This document shows, in pieces, positions 36,043-45,113 of a DNA stretch of 64,000 nt; the first letter of the stretch is position 1, and each line of letters begins with the position of its first letter. The stretch comes from Terriglobia bacterium. GTDB lineage: Bacteria; Acidobacteriota; Terriglobia; Bryobacterales; Bryobacteraceae. The notes under the pieces are model-generated. The model saw only the letters and a program-made list of their open reading frames with translations. It was not told where the DNA came from and made no database searches. The stretch covers positions 41,334 through 105,333 of the forward strand of contig CAWJUL010000008.1 in assembly GCA_963846045.1 (NCBI GenBank). Reading direction: 5' to 3'. Made by a program: the position numbers and the translations under genes.

Positions 36043-37731
36043 CTATTGCAGCGGGTGCGCCAGCCCTTTCTTTGTTGCGCTTTCTATCAGCGCCCTTAAC
36101 TCGCGTTCGATATGCTTGGCCTCTTCTGCCTGCTGCTCACCGATTTTTCCCTGCATCTCGCCTAACCGGCCTTGCTCTTGTCCTAACTTGCCTTGTTCTT
36201 GACCAATCTCGCCTTGCATTGCACCAAGCTTCGCGTCTTCGTCGCCAAGCTTCGCCTGCAGATCTCCAATTTGTCCCTCTATCTCCGCGACTTGCGCCTG
36301 AACGTCCGGAGTCCCTTGGGATGCATTCTCCTTAGCGAGGGCGCGCAATTTCGCCTTCAAGGCGCGCATTTCCGCTTCGATGCTCCTCCTCACGGCAGCA
36401 TCGCGATTGTGGTCAGCCAGAGTCCGATAACGATCGCCCAGTTCCCTTTGCTGTTCACCCAGTTTCCGCTGTTGAGTGTCAAGTGCGTTTTGCTTCCGCT
36501 CAAGTTCGTGCATGTGTTGTAGCAGCCTGTTCGCCGCTTCCACCGTGGAGCGGTCGCGAATGATATACGACTGGTTGTGCTCCTTGAACACAATCGTGCT
36601 GTTCGGAAAAACCGACGCTGTCTCCTTCTCGTTTCCGTTCCCTTCGAATGACAGTGCCAACCCGTCAGGGGTGGTCAGCAGAATTGGTCCGATTTGATCG
36701 CCGCCTTGATCGAACAGCGGTGCGGCCAGCAGTGCCGGAACCCGCAACCCAACCAGCCCCACCGCAATCCCGAGCATGCAGAACGCCAACGCACGCCCTG
36801 TCGATAGCGCGGGGAGATGTGATCGGGTTCGATCGAACATGGCTTCAATCCGCTTTCCGAGATTGGAATGGCGTGCCAGCAACGGAACCGCGACGGCACC
36901 GCTCGCGCGGAATGTTCGTAGCTCTGCAATCTTCGTCAGGCACGCAGCATATTGTCCGGTCTCCAACGAAGCAATCACCCGGTCGTCGCAGGCAATCTCG
37001 CGATCCAGGTCCATGCGCCGGCTTATAAATCGCACAAGCGGATGAAATGCCAGCAACGCCTGAATGAAGCGCTGGACCGCAATCGCCCAATCGTCGTAGC
37101 GCGCCATGTGCGCCAGTTCGTGTGCAAGCACCTGCCTCAATTCGTGAACGTTGAGCCGCGAAACCAAGTCCCGCGGCAGCAGTATCGCCGGGCACAGATA
37201 GCCGACAGCAGCCGGCGATGCGATCCGGTCTGAGATGCAAAATGAGACACGCCGACGCAAGCCGATCTGAGCGCCCACATCAACCGCTAACGCGAGCAGC
37301 GCACCGTCCGGACACCCCTGCGTGCGCCGTTTCAGTCGCATCGCGCCAAAAAAGCCGTAAGCAAACTGCAACAATTGGCAACCCATCCAGCAGCAACAGA
37401 GCACCCCGATCACATCTTCAGCGATCGTTACGTTGAAGGCACTGGGCTCACTCGCGGCCATTTTGATTACCGGCTGCTGTGGTCCTGCGATCTCTATATC
37501 GTGAACACGTAACGAAGTTGGAACGGGCTCTGACTTCACTGGAGGTCGCAGCGCGATGGAAATGGGCAGCAGAATCGTGACGGACAGCGCAATCCACCAC
37601 GCGAAGTAGCGAGTGGTCGCACTCCACGTGCGCATGCGCATGGAAGCGTACGCGATCCCAACCATCAATCCGCTCGGAATGGCGGCATTCACCAGTGCCG
37701 CCCCACAGGCTTGCAACAGCAGATGAAACAT
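36043..37731 (-). CDS. M56-family (BlaR1/MecR1-like) membrane metallopeptidase with a non-canonical coiled-coil C-terminal region
   Basis: Polytopic N-terminus with the HExxH site HELAHMARYDDW. There is no penicillin-binding sensor domain. Instead there is a TM helix followed by long helical sequence ending in seven KLGxxQG heptads. Confidence 0.8.
   Translation of the reverse strand: MFHLLLQACGAALVNAAIPSGLMVGIAYASMRMRTWSATTRYFAWWIALSVTILLPISIALRPPVKSEPVPTSLRVHDIEIAGPQQPVIKMAASEPSAFNVTIAEDVIGVLCCCWMGCQLLQFAYGFFGAMRLKRRTQGCPDGALLALAVDVGAQIGLRRRVSFCISDRIASPAAVGYLCPAILLPRDLVSRLNVHELRQVLAHELAHMARYDDWAIAVQRFIQALLAFHPLVRFISRRMDLDREIACDDRVIASLETGQYAACLTKIAELRTFRASGAVAVPLLARHSNLGKRIEAMFDRTRSHLPALSTGRALAFCMLGIAVGLVGLRVPALLAAPLFDQGGDQIGPILLTTPDGLALSFEGNGNEKETASVFPNSTIVFKEHNQSYIIRDRSTVEAANRLLQHMHELERKQNALDTQQRKLGEQQRELGDRYRTLADHNRDAAVRRSIEAEMRALKAKLRALAKENASQGTPDVQAQVAEIEGQIGDLQAKLGDEDAKLGAMQGEIGQEQGKLGQEQGRLGEMQGKIGEQQAEEAKHIERELRALIESATKKGLAHPLQ
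36127..36273 (-). repeat. in-frame tandem heptad repeat (7 x 21 nt) encoding QIGDLQA KLGDEDA KLGAMQG EIGQEQG KLGQEQG RLGEMQG KIGEQQA
   Basis: Read directly from the translation of the M56 gene. The period is strictly 7 aa with L/I at position 2, G at position 3 and Q at position 6. Confidence 0.8.
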
Positions 37732-37748
37732 ATCGATCCTTTTCTGAA

Positions 37749-38129
37749 CTACTTGTGCTCCGCGATCAGCCGCTTCAGCCGGTCTAGCTCTTTATCTCCG
37801 ATCCTCTCGCTCTCCAGCAGATTCGCTACCAGTAACTCGGGTGAGTTGTCGAAAAAGCGCGAAAGCAAATGCTTCAAAGCTCCCGTTTGTGCTTCGTCGC
37901 GCGCAACTGCTGGCTCGTACACAAACGCTCGCCCTGCTTTGTCGTGCCGCACAAAACCTTTTGTTTCCAGGATTCGAAGCACGGTCAGCACGGTGCTGTA
38001 TGCGAGTTGCGGGCGGGTATTGATGGCGTCTACGATCTCGCTCACCGTGGCGCGCTCTTTCGCCCATAGCGCGTTCATGATGCGCAGCTCAGCCTCGGTT
38101 AACTGGCGGAACGCTTTTCTTCTCATCAA
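37749..38129 (-). CDS. BlaI/MecI/CopY family transcriptional repressor
   Basis: 126-aa winged-helix protein (LTEAELRIMNALW...TVSEIV....AYSTVLTVLRILE.KGFV) located directly upstream of the M56 gene. Confidence 0.85.
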   Translation of the reverse strand: MMRRKAFRQLTEAELRIMNALWAKERATVSEIVDAINTRPQLAYSTVLTVLRILETKGFVRHDKAGRAFVYEPAVARDEAQTGALKHLLSRFFDNSPELLVANLLESERIGDKELDRLKRLIAEHK

Positions 38130-38148
38130 CTAAGACCTTAATAGTTGA

Positions 38149-38162
38149 GTGTAGAGCTACAC
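38149..38162. promoter_or_regulatory. candidate BlaI-type operator (TGTA-N4-TACA palindrome) upstream of the blaI-like gene
   Basis: GTGTAG-AG-CTACAC is a perfect 6-bp inverted repeat 20-33 nt upstream of the start codon. It is nested within a second inverted repeat, TAGTTGA...TCAACTA (38142-38178). Confidence 0.4.
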
Positions 38163-38184
38163 GCAACCGCTGTCAACTAAGACT

Positions 38185-38712
38185 TTAGTAATTCGTGGCT
38201 GGGGCGCCCCCTGCCGTGTTGAGGGCGCGCTGCATTAGCACAGTGTCGATCCAATGGTCGAACTTGTAACCGGTTTCTTCCAGTACGCCCACCTTGCGGA
38301 AACCAAGGTTCTCGTGCAGGGCAATCGAACTCACGTTCGCGGAATCGCCGATGATGGCAATCATCTGCCGGCATCCAGCGGCACAAGACCGTTCGATCAG
38401 GCTGGCCAGCAGCACGGAACCCAACCCGCGCCGCCTGTATTCAGGATGGATGTAAATTGAGTCCTCCACTGTAAAGCGATAAGCAGGCCGAGGGCGATAT
38501 CGTTGCGAGTACGCATACCCGGTCACACGGCCATCGAGCTCAGCCACCAGATACGGCAGGCCGTGCGACGCAATCTCAGATCGTCGGCGCTCCATTTCGC
38601 CCTGATCGGGCGCGTCGATCTCAAAAGTGGTCGTGCTATGCCGCACGTAATGTGCGTAGATTTCAGTCACTGCGGCCACATCGGATGCTGTGGCGCTTCT
38701 GATAAGGGCCAT
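38185..38712 (-). CDS. GNAT N-acetyltransferase (phosphinothricin/methionine-sulfoximine acetyltransferase-like)
   Basis: IRSATASDVAAVTEIYAHYV..STTTFE and the acetyl-CoA site HPEYRRRGLGSVLL. Confidence 0.75.
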   Translation of the reverse strand: MALIRSATASDVAAVTEIYAHYVRHSTTTFEIDAPDQGEMERRRSEIASHGLPYLVAELDGRVTGYAYSQRYRPRPAYRFTVEDSIYIHPEYRRRGLGSVLLASLIERSCAAGCRQMIAIIGDSANVSSIALHENLGFRKVGVLEETGYKFDHWIDTVLMQRALNTAGGAPATNY

Positions 38713-38920
38713 GCCTACTCCAATCTATTCGCCGACTTCCCGCACGGAAGTGTACACGTTTCCAGCACCGAAACTCCGGCGAGAGCTTTCAGCCGTAAAT
38801 CCCACTGAGGAGAAGTCCACACCCGGGGACTGCGTCCTAGCAACCACACAGATGGCTGGCGCGTCAGAATGGCATTAGTATCCAAAAGGTAGTCGGATCC
38901 TCATTAAACAGTTCAATGGA

Positions 38921-41900
38921 ATGAAAATCCCAACGTTCCTTCTTTGTCTTATTAGCCCAGCGTTGCTATTGGGTTTGCAGCCGCCGAGCCGAATCCAGGG
39001 CAATATTGAAAGCCGTCAAACCTTCACCTTGGCGGGCAATACACGTCCAGCACTCGCAAATGCGCAAGACCAAGGTCGTGCAAATCCTGCCTTGCAACTA
39101 CCGCACATCACGCTTCATCTCGCCATGACAGCTTCGCAAAACGCGGCTCTCCAGCAACTCTTGACCGATCAACAGACTCGCGGAAACAGTCGCTATCATC
39201 AGTGGTTAACTCCGGAACAATACGGCGAGCAGTTCGGCGTCAGCGCCGCCGATCTCCAGAAGATCACGGATTGGCTGCAGGGGTTAGGTTTCTCAAATGT
39301 AGAGATTGCGCGAAGCCGGAATGCGGTTAGCTTTTCAGGCACCGCTGGCCAGGCCGAATCGGCATTTCAAACCAGCATCCACCGTTACCTGATGAATGGG
39401 CAATCCCATTTTGCAAACGCTAGCGATCCCATCCTTCCCAAGGCTCTACAGGGCATGGTCGAGGGGATTCGCGGGCTGCATGACTTCCATCCGAAACCGC
39501 TCGGCATCAGGCGCGCAGCCACTCAACCGCATTTCACGTCGAGCATAAGCGGGAACCACTTCCTCATTCCCGACGATTTCGCCACCATCTATGATGTGAA
39601 GCCGCTCTACGCAACCGGAATCGATGGCACCGGGCAAACTATAGCGATTCCAGGTCAGAGCGATATCGCTTTAAGTGACATCGAGGCGTTCCGCTCTGCT
39701 GCCGGACTGCCACCGAACGATCCGCAAGTGATCCTTACCGGCACTGACCCAGGCACAAGCTCCAGTGACGAGAGCGAATCGGATCTTGATATCGAATGGG
39801 CCGGCGGAGTTGCGAAGAACGCGACCATTATCTTCGTGAATTCGACAGATGTATTCACTTCCGTCACCTACGCCGTTCAAAACAACGTTGCGCCCGTGCT
39901 CAGCATCACCTATGGCAACTGTGAGGCGGACATGGGCACGACAGAAATCAATTCCCTGACGACGCTTTTCGAGCAAGCCAATTCGCAGGGCATGACGGTA
40001 CTTGCTGCATCCGGCGATAACGGTGCGGCGGATTGCGACAACTCCAACGCTAAGATCGCCTCTCACGGCCTTGCCGTCGACGTTCCCGCCTCAATTCCGT
40101 ACGTCACTGCGCTTGGCGGGACTGAGTTCAACGAAGGCTCAGGGACCTATTGGAGCGCGGCCAACAACGCCGATAGCGGCTCCGCGCTTTCCTACATTCC
40201 GGAAATGGCCTGGAACGATACGGCTGCAAATGGATCTCTCGCGGCAAGTGGGGGCGGCAAGAGCACCTATTTCACCAAACCAACCTGGCAGACTGGCACA
40301 GGAGTACCGTACGACGGCGCCCGGGATGTGCCGGATCTTGCTTTTGCGGGGTCGCCTGATCACGATGGCTACATCATTTGCTCGGCAGGCAGTTGTGTGA
40401 ACGGCTTCCGCGAAGCGAATCAAGACCTCAATGTATTCGGAGGCACTTCGGCGGCAACGCCTAGCTTTGCCGCTATTGTGGCACTTCTGAACCAGCAAAC
40501 GGGTGACAGGCAGGGCAACATCAACCCGACTTTGTACGCGTTGGCTTCTGTGTCCGCCAACGCCTTCCATGACATCACTCAAGGCAACAATATCGTGCCC
40601 TGTCGACAGGGATCGCCGGATTGCCCCACAGGCGGCGAAATAGGCTATTCGACGGGCGTGGGCTACGACCAGGTGACCGGCTGGGGTTCCGTGGACGCTC
40701 AAAACCTCGTCAGCCAATGGACCTCATACACGCCCTCGCCCGTGACTGAAATGCCGGGGGGCGCTCAGCAACTCTCGGTCGGATCGGATGGCACGGTTTT
40801 TGGTATCAGTACCAACGGCGATGTTTATTCATACAGCGCGCTGACTCAGGCCTGGACATCGGACTTGCTCGTCCTCTCGCAAATCTCGGTGGGAGGGAGT
40901 GGCGCTGCGTGGGGCCTGGATGCCTCAGGGCAAGTCTATAGCTTCAACGCAGCTTCTCAGACATGGCAGTTGGTTCCAGGCAACCTGTCGCAGATTGCGG
41001 TCGGCTCCGATGGCTCCGCGTGGGGTGTAAACTCCATCGGTTCCATTTATACGTTCAACTCCCAAACAGCGAGCTTCACTCAGATACTCGGAACTCTCAG
41101 CCAGATTGCAGTCGGATTCGATGGCGCAGTATGGGGCCTCAATCCTTCCGGGCAGATTTATCGTTTCAATCCGGGCTCCCGGGCGTTCGATTACGTCCCC
41201 GGAACGCTGGCCCAGATCTCAGTGGGAGCGGATGGGGATGTCTGGGGAATCAATCCAAGTGGAAGTATCTATCATTTTGATCGCCTGACGCAAGGCTGGG
41301 ACCAGACCGCTGGAACCTTGAAGATGGTGTCTGTGGGCTCGGGCGCCAACGTGTGGGGGCTCAACCCGGAGAGCGACGTTTTTACGTTCAATTTGGCGAA
41401 CGACACCTGGACTGAAGTACAAGGCGTTCTACGCTCGCTCTCGGCCAGTGCGAACGGTTCCGTGTGGGGTATCGACTATTCCAATCAGAGCTACGAACTC
41501 TTCCAACCGACTCAGGCGTCCCAAGCCTGGCACGGGGTGTCGGGCACGCTCACGCAGGTTGCCGTATCGTCAGATGGGAACGTTTGGGGCATTAACGCCA
41601 GTCAGCAGATATATACTTTCAATCCGTTGACGCAAAGTTGGACGAACATTCCCGGGCAGCTATCGCAAATCGCGGTCGCGGCGAACGGAGCCGTCTGGGG
41701 CCTTAATGCCTCGAATGAAGTCTTTCAGTTCGACCCGTCAACACAACAGTTCATCTACGTTTCCGGCAGCCTATCTCAGATCGCAGTAGCTGATACAGGT
41801 GATGTGTGGGGCATTAATGCCGCCGATCAAATCTACCGATTCAATTCGTCGAATCAAACCTTCAGCCCCATCGCCGGTTCGCTCGCACAGATTGCCGTCG

Positions 41901-42292
41901 GCGTAGATGGCGATGCCTGGGGAATCGACAGCCGAAGCAGCGTCTATCACTTCAATACGCAGACGCAGGCCTGGAACCCCGTTGGCTTTGCGTTGTCCCA
42001 AATCGCTGTGGGATCCAGCGCAAACGTGTGGGGTCTCGACACGAACGGTTTTATCTATCGCTTCAATCCGCAAACCCTGACGTGGAATGTGGTTCCGGGC
42101 AACCTCGCGCATATCGCTGTTGCTTTTGACGGCGCGGTCTGGGGCATCAACTCGGGCCAACAGGTGTACCGCTTCGATTCTCAAACTCAAACTTGGAACA
42201 ACATTCCGGGAGCGCTCGCGCGGATTGCCATCGGCTCCGACGCTGTTGTGTGGGGCATCAACACGGCCGGTCAGATCTACTATTTTCGGTGA
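38921..42292 (+). CDS. sedolisin (S53 peptidase with pro-kumamolisin activation domain) fused to 14 tectonin-type beta-propeller repeats
   Basis: Signal peptide. Prodomain (YHQWLTPEQYGEQFG). Catalytic E/D in ESESDLDIEW and the catalytic Ser in GGTSAATPSFAAI. From aa ~614 onward there are 14 repeats of ~37 aa, L(S/A)QI(A/S)VG.DG.VWG(I/L)N..G.IY.FN...Q.W..(V/I)PG. Confidence 0.85.
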   Translation: MKIPTFLLCLISPALLLGLQPPSRIQGNIESRQTFTLAGNTRPALANAQDQGRANPALQLPHITLHLAMTASQNAALQQLLTDQQTRGNSRYHQWLTPEQYGEQFGVSAADLQKITDWLQGLGFSNVEIARSRNAVSFSGTAGQAESAFQTSIHRYLMNGQSHFANASDPILPKALQGMVEGIRGLHDFHPKPLGIRRAATQPHFTSSISGNHFLIPDDFATIYDVKPLYATGIDGTGQTIAIPGQSDIALSDIEAFRSAAGLPPNDPQVILTGTDPGTSSSDESESDLDIEWAGGVAKNATIIFVNSTDVFTSVTYAVQNNVAPVLSITYGNCEADMGTTEINSLTTLFEQANSQGMTVLAASGDNGAADCDNSNAKIASHGLAVDVPASIPYVTALGGTEFNEGSGTYWSAANNADSGSALSYIPEMAWNDTAANGSLAASGGGKSTYFTKPTWQTGTGVPYDGARDVPDLAFAGSPDHDGYIICSAGSCVNGFREANQDLNVFGGTSAATPSFAAIVALLNQQTGDRQGNINPTLYALASVSANAFHDITQGNNIVPCRQGSPDCPTGGEIGYSTGVGYDQVTGWGSVDAQNLVSQWTSYTPSPVTEMPGGAQQLSVGSDGTVFGISTNGDVYSYSALTQAWTSDLLVLSQISVGGSGAAWGLDASGQVYSFNAASQTWQLVPGNLSQIAVGSDGSAWGVNSIGSIYTFNSQTASFTQILGTLSQIAVGFDGAVWGLNPSGQIYRFNPGSRAFDYVPGTLAQISVGADGDVWGINPSGSIYHFDRLTQGWDQTAGTLKMVSVGSGANVWGLNPESDVFTFNLANDTWTEVQGVLRSLSASANGSVWGIDYSNQSYELFQPTQASQAWHGVSGTLTQVAVSSDGNVWGINASQQIYTFNPLTQSWTNIPGQLSQIAVAANGAVWGLNASNEVFQFDPSTQQFIYVSGSLSQIAVADTGDVWGINAADQIYRFNSSNQTFSPIAGSLAQIAVGVDGDAWGIDSRSSVYHFNTQTQAWNPVGFALSQIAVGSSANVWGLDTNGFIYRFNPQTLTWNVVPGNLAHIAVAFDGAVWGINSGQQVYRFDSQTQTWNNIPGALARIAIGSDAVVWGINTAGQIYYFR
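40762..42289 (+). repeat. coding tandem repeat, about 111-nt period x 14 (tectonin/TECPR-like blades)
   Basis: The periodicity is visible in the protein. Copies have diverged at the nucleotide level. Confidence 0.8.
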
Positions 42293-42303
42293 ACACGTAT
42301 CCT

Positions 42304-42322
42304 GCTTCGCGTATAGCGAAGC
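42304..42322. terminator. weak candidate hairpin between convergent genes
   Basis: GCTTCGC-gtata-GCGAAGC gives a 7-bp stem with no U tract. It touches the stop codon of the minus-strand gene. Confidence 0.25.
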
Positions 42323-43698
42323 TAACTCGCCAGTTCCAGCTCTCGGACCCGGGCCGCTATCGTCCGCAAATCTCGAAGAAAAAGCTCATATTCTTCGTCA
42401 TACCGGTCCGGCATGCGAAGAATGGCTGAAGGGTGAACTGTAGCCACCAGTTCCTTAGCCCACCGATGCGGAAAGAACTTGCCCCGCTCGGCGGTAATGC
42501 GGAATTCACGCCCCATCAGCGATTGGGCCGCAGTCGCCCCGAGACAGACCACCAGCTCCGGTTTGATCGAGTCCAATTCCGCCTCGAGCCACGGACGACA
42601 CGCCGAAATCTCAATTCCGCTCGGTTTCGAGTGAATGCGGCGCTTGCCTCGTTCCACAAATTTGAAGTGCTTCACCGCATTAGTGACATAGATCTTCTCT
42701 CGATCCAGCCCCGCCTCATGCATGGCTTTGCTGAGCAGCCGGCCCGACGGTCCGATGAAGGGATGGCCCTTCTGGTCCTCTTCATCGCCGGGTTGTTCTC
42801 CGACCATCACGACTTTCGAATCCTGCGGACCTTCACCGAACACAACCTGCGTCGCGTGCTGATATAGATCGCAGCCGCGGCATCCAGGAGCGGCCTCTCG
42901 CAGGGCCTCCAGATCACGACCCGCAGGCACGAAGGGCGCTGCCGAAAGTTTTTGGGTTTTCGCCATATGAAGAACTCGCGTGTCCGCCTGGGCCAGCAGA
43001 TCGGGGATGATCTGCGCTTCCGGCAATGTGGCCCAGTGCCGCACCGGCATCTCGGCCGTCATTGCCTTTACCTTAACGCGTGCCGGATTGAATATTGACG
43101 CATAGTAGTCGCGCCACAAATCCTCAAGTTCGTCTCCTGGCGGCGCTTGCGAGCGGGGAACACCCGGACTAAAGGTCAAGGCCGCAGTGTCCCAATGTGC
43201 ACTTTCATCCGGCGTCAGGATTGACCAATGCATGCTGCCAAAGCGTTTCGCGAACCAGGGCGCCATGGCCCTCACAATGTGATGATCCGGCCGGTGCCAG
43301 GCGACAAACCGCTCGGGATCGGCATCGCCGACACGCCGGAATCGTACGAATGCCTTCATCTTGTGCATGTCGCGGCTAACCGCTTTCTGCATGAGCCTCA
43401 GTTTGCGGATATCGTCATCCACCTCAATTTTCAGCAGGTTCCTTTCACCATGCGTAAGCCGGTACAGAACGCTATACAGCAGCGCCCACCGGTTTTCGTC
43501 GGCATGCAACGCGACGGTTTGCGCGGCTTCGAGAAAGTCTTTTGGAACCGAAATGGTGGCGTCGGAACATTTCCCCAAGTCCGTCTGGTCGAACAAGCCG
43601 CCGCCCCACTTCACTTCGGCAGGTTGAATATTGTCGCTCAGAAGCTTTCGAGCGATCGCGCGCCACTCGTCAAAAGAACACGAGCCGACGCCGATCAC
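42322..43698 (-). CDS. DUF4130 domain fused to a family-4-like uracil-DNA glycosylase domain (partner of the DNA-repair-type radical SAM protein)
   Basis: The C-terminal half has UDG motif A (VMVGEQPGDEED..GHPFIGPSG) and motif B (HPSAILR). The N-terminal ~230 aa match the domain that co-occurs with this radical SAM family. The start overlaps the upstream stop (ATGA-type, 4 nt). Confidence 0.8.
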   Translation of the reverse strand: MIGVGSCSFDEWRAIARKLLSDNIQPAEVKWGGGLFDQTDLGKCSDATISVPKDFLEAAQTVALHADENRWALLYSVLYRLTHGERNLLKIEVDDDIRKLRLMQKAVSRDMHKMKAFVRFRRVGDADPERFVAWHRPDHHIVRAMAPWFAKRFGSMHWSILTPDESAHWDTAALTFSPGVPRSQAPPGDELEDLWRDYYASIFNPARVKVKAMTAEMPVRHWATLPEAQIIPDLLAQADTRVLHMAKTQKLSAAPFVPAGRDLEALREAAPGCRGCDLYQHATQVVFGEGPQDSKVVMVGEQPGDEEDQKGHPFIGPSGRLLSKAMHEAGLDREKIYVTNAVKHFKFVERGKRRIHSKPSGIEISACRPWLEAELDSIKPELVVCLGATAAQSLMGREFRITAERGKFFPHRWAKELVATVHPSAILRMPDRYDEEYELFLRDLRTIAARVRELELAS

Positions 43699-44948
43699 AG
43701 TTCGCCCGTACGCGCGGCCGTTGCTGCCTCGAACAGGTTCAGTTGCTGAACAGCCGGGACAACTCGTTCCTGCAGCTTCGGCGTATCGATCTGTTTGGCA
43801 GCGGGATTGTGGTCGGCGGTGACAATGAAAAACTGCGCTTTCCTGACGGAAATCTTCAGTCTGCCCAAGTCACTCAGCGTCAAGGCACGATAGCGCCTGA
43901 TCTTCAAAATGCGTTTCACATTGCGAACACCGAGACCCGGTACCCGCAGCAACGCCGTCTGACCTGCCTTGTTCACGTCCACCGGGAAAAACTCCCGGTT
44001 GCGCAACGCCCAGGCAAGCTTTGGATCTTTATCCAGCGGCAGATTGCGATCCTGAGCGGTGGTCAGTTCATCCGCGGAAAACCCATAAAAACGCATCAGC
44101 CAGTCAGCTTGGTACAGTCTGTGTTCCCGAATCAAGGGAATCTTCTGTAGTGGCAATGTAGGGTCCGCGTGCGGAATGGGACTAAATGCCGAATAATATG
44201 CTCGCCGCAATCCGTACGCTTTATACAGGCCGGCCGATTTCTCCAGCAGAGTTGCATCCGGCGCATCTGTCGCTCCAACGATAAACTGTGTGCTTTGCCC
44301 CGCGGGTGCGAACCGCGGCGTTTTGCCTGTTCGCAAGGTCTTGTCTTTGGCATCGAGAATACCGTTGGCAATCTGCTGCATCGAGTTCTCGATCTCTCGA
44401 TGAGTCTTGGCGGGCGCCAGCTTCGCAAGATCGCTGTCTCTTGCCAGTTCCACGTTTGCGCTCAGCCGGTCAGCCCACCGGCCCGCCTCCAGAATCAAAT
44501 CTTCAGCAGCGCCAGGAACTGCCTTTAAATGTATGTAGCCGCCGAAGAGGTGCTCCTGCCGCAATAGTCTGGCGACCCGCACCAGTTGTTCCATTGTGTA
44601 ATCGGGGCTCTGGATTATGCCGGAACTAAGAAACAAGCCCTCGATATAGTTCCGCTTATAGAATTCAATCGTGAGAAAAACGACTTCTTCCGGAGTGAAA
44701 CGCGCTCGCGGCGTATCGCTCGAAATCCGGTTCACACAGTAACTGCAGTCGTAAACACAGTAGTTGGTGAGCAGCAGTTTCAGTAACGATACACAACGTC
44801 CATCGGGAGTGTAGCTGTGGCAAATGCCAACGCCGGTTGTGTTTCCCAGGCCGCCTGGTATCCGGGCGCGCTTCGAACCGCTACTGGCGCAAGACGCGTC
44901 GTATTTGGCCGCATCTGCCAAAATACGGAGCTTTTGTTTTATCTCCAC
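43695..44948 (-). CDS. putative DNA modification/repair radical SAM protein with a C-terminal helix-hairpin-helix
   Basis: AKYDASCASSG N-terminus, the CxxxCxxC cluster CVYDCSYC, and the C-terminal HhH LLRVPGLGVRNVKRIL. The start is a GTG. Confidence 0.8.
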   Translation of the reverse strand: MEIKQKLRILADAAKYDASCASSGSKRARIPGGLGNTTGVGICHSYTPDGRCVSLLKLLLTNYCVYDCSYCVNRISSDTPRARFTPEEVVFLTIEFYKRNYIEGLFLSSGIIQSPDYTMEQLVRVARLLRQEHLFGGYIHLKAVPGAAEDLILEAGRWADRLSANVELARDSDLAKLAPAKTHREIENSMQQIANGILDAKDKTLRTGKTPRFAPAGQSTQFIVGATDAPDATLLEKSAGLYKAYGLRRAYYSAFSPIPHADPTLPLQKIPLIREHRLYQADWLMRFYGFSADELTTAQDRNLPLDKDPKLAWALRNREFFPVDVNKAGQTALLRVPGLGVRNVKRILKIRRYRALTLSDLGRLKISVRKAQFFIVTADHNPAAKQIDTPKLQERVVPAVQQLNLFEAATAARTGEL

Positions 44949-45113
44949 AACCTAGCGTTAGATGGTCCGGGCAGCGAGTGCGTTCTAACTCATTTACGCG
45001 GAACTGGTGCTTGGTTGCGGAAGTTTACGTACTGCCCGATAGCCGTAGAAACCCAACAGAGCCGCGGTCCGAGAGGGAGCGGCTATCCTACGTTTTCTCT
45101 GGCAAACTTGGTA

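Noticed and set aside
40762-42289. Regular ~111-nt periodicity, first considered as a possible CRISPR-like or satellite array.
   Set aside because: It is entirely in frame within the S53 ORF and encodes tectonin-like blades. The copies have diverged at the DNA level and there is no repeat/spacer structure. No CRISPR array was seen anywhere in the window.
44949-45113. LexA/SOS box in front of the radical SAM gene.
   Set aside because: I found only a weak GTTAGA-N21-TCTAAC inverted repeat and a TTCCGC direct repeat. Neither matches any LexA consensus I know (CTGT-N8-ACAG, GAAC-N4-GTTC, GTTC-N7-GTTC). This needs a phylum-specific motif scan.
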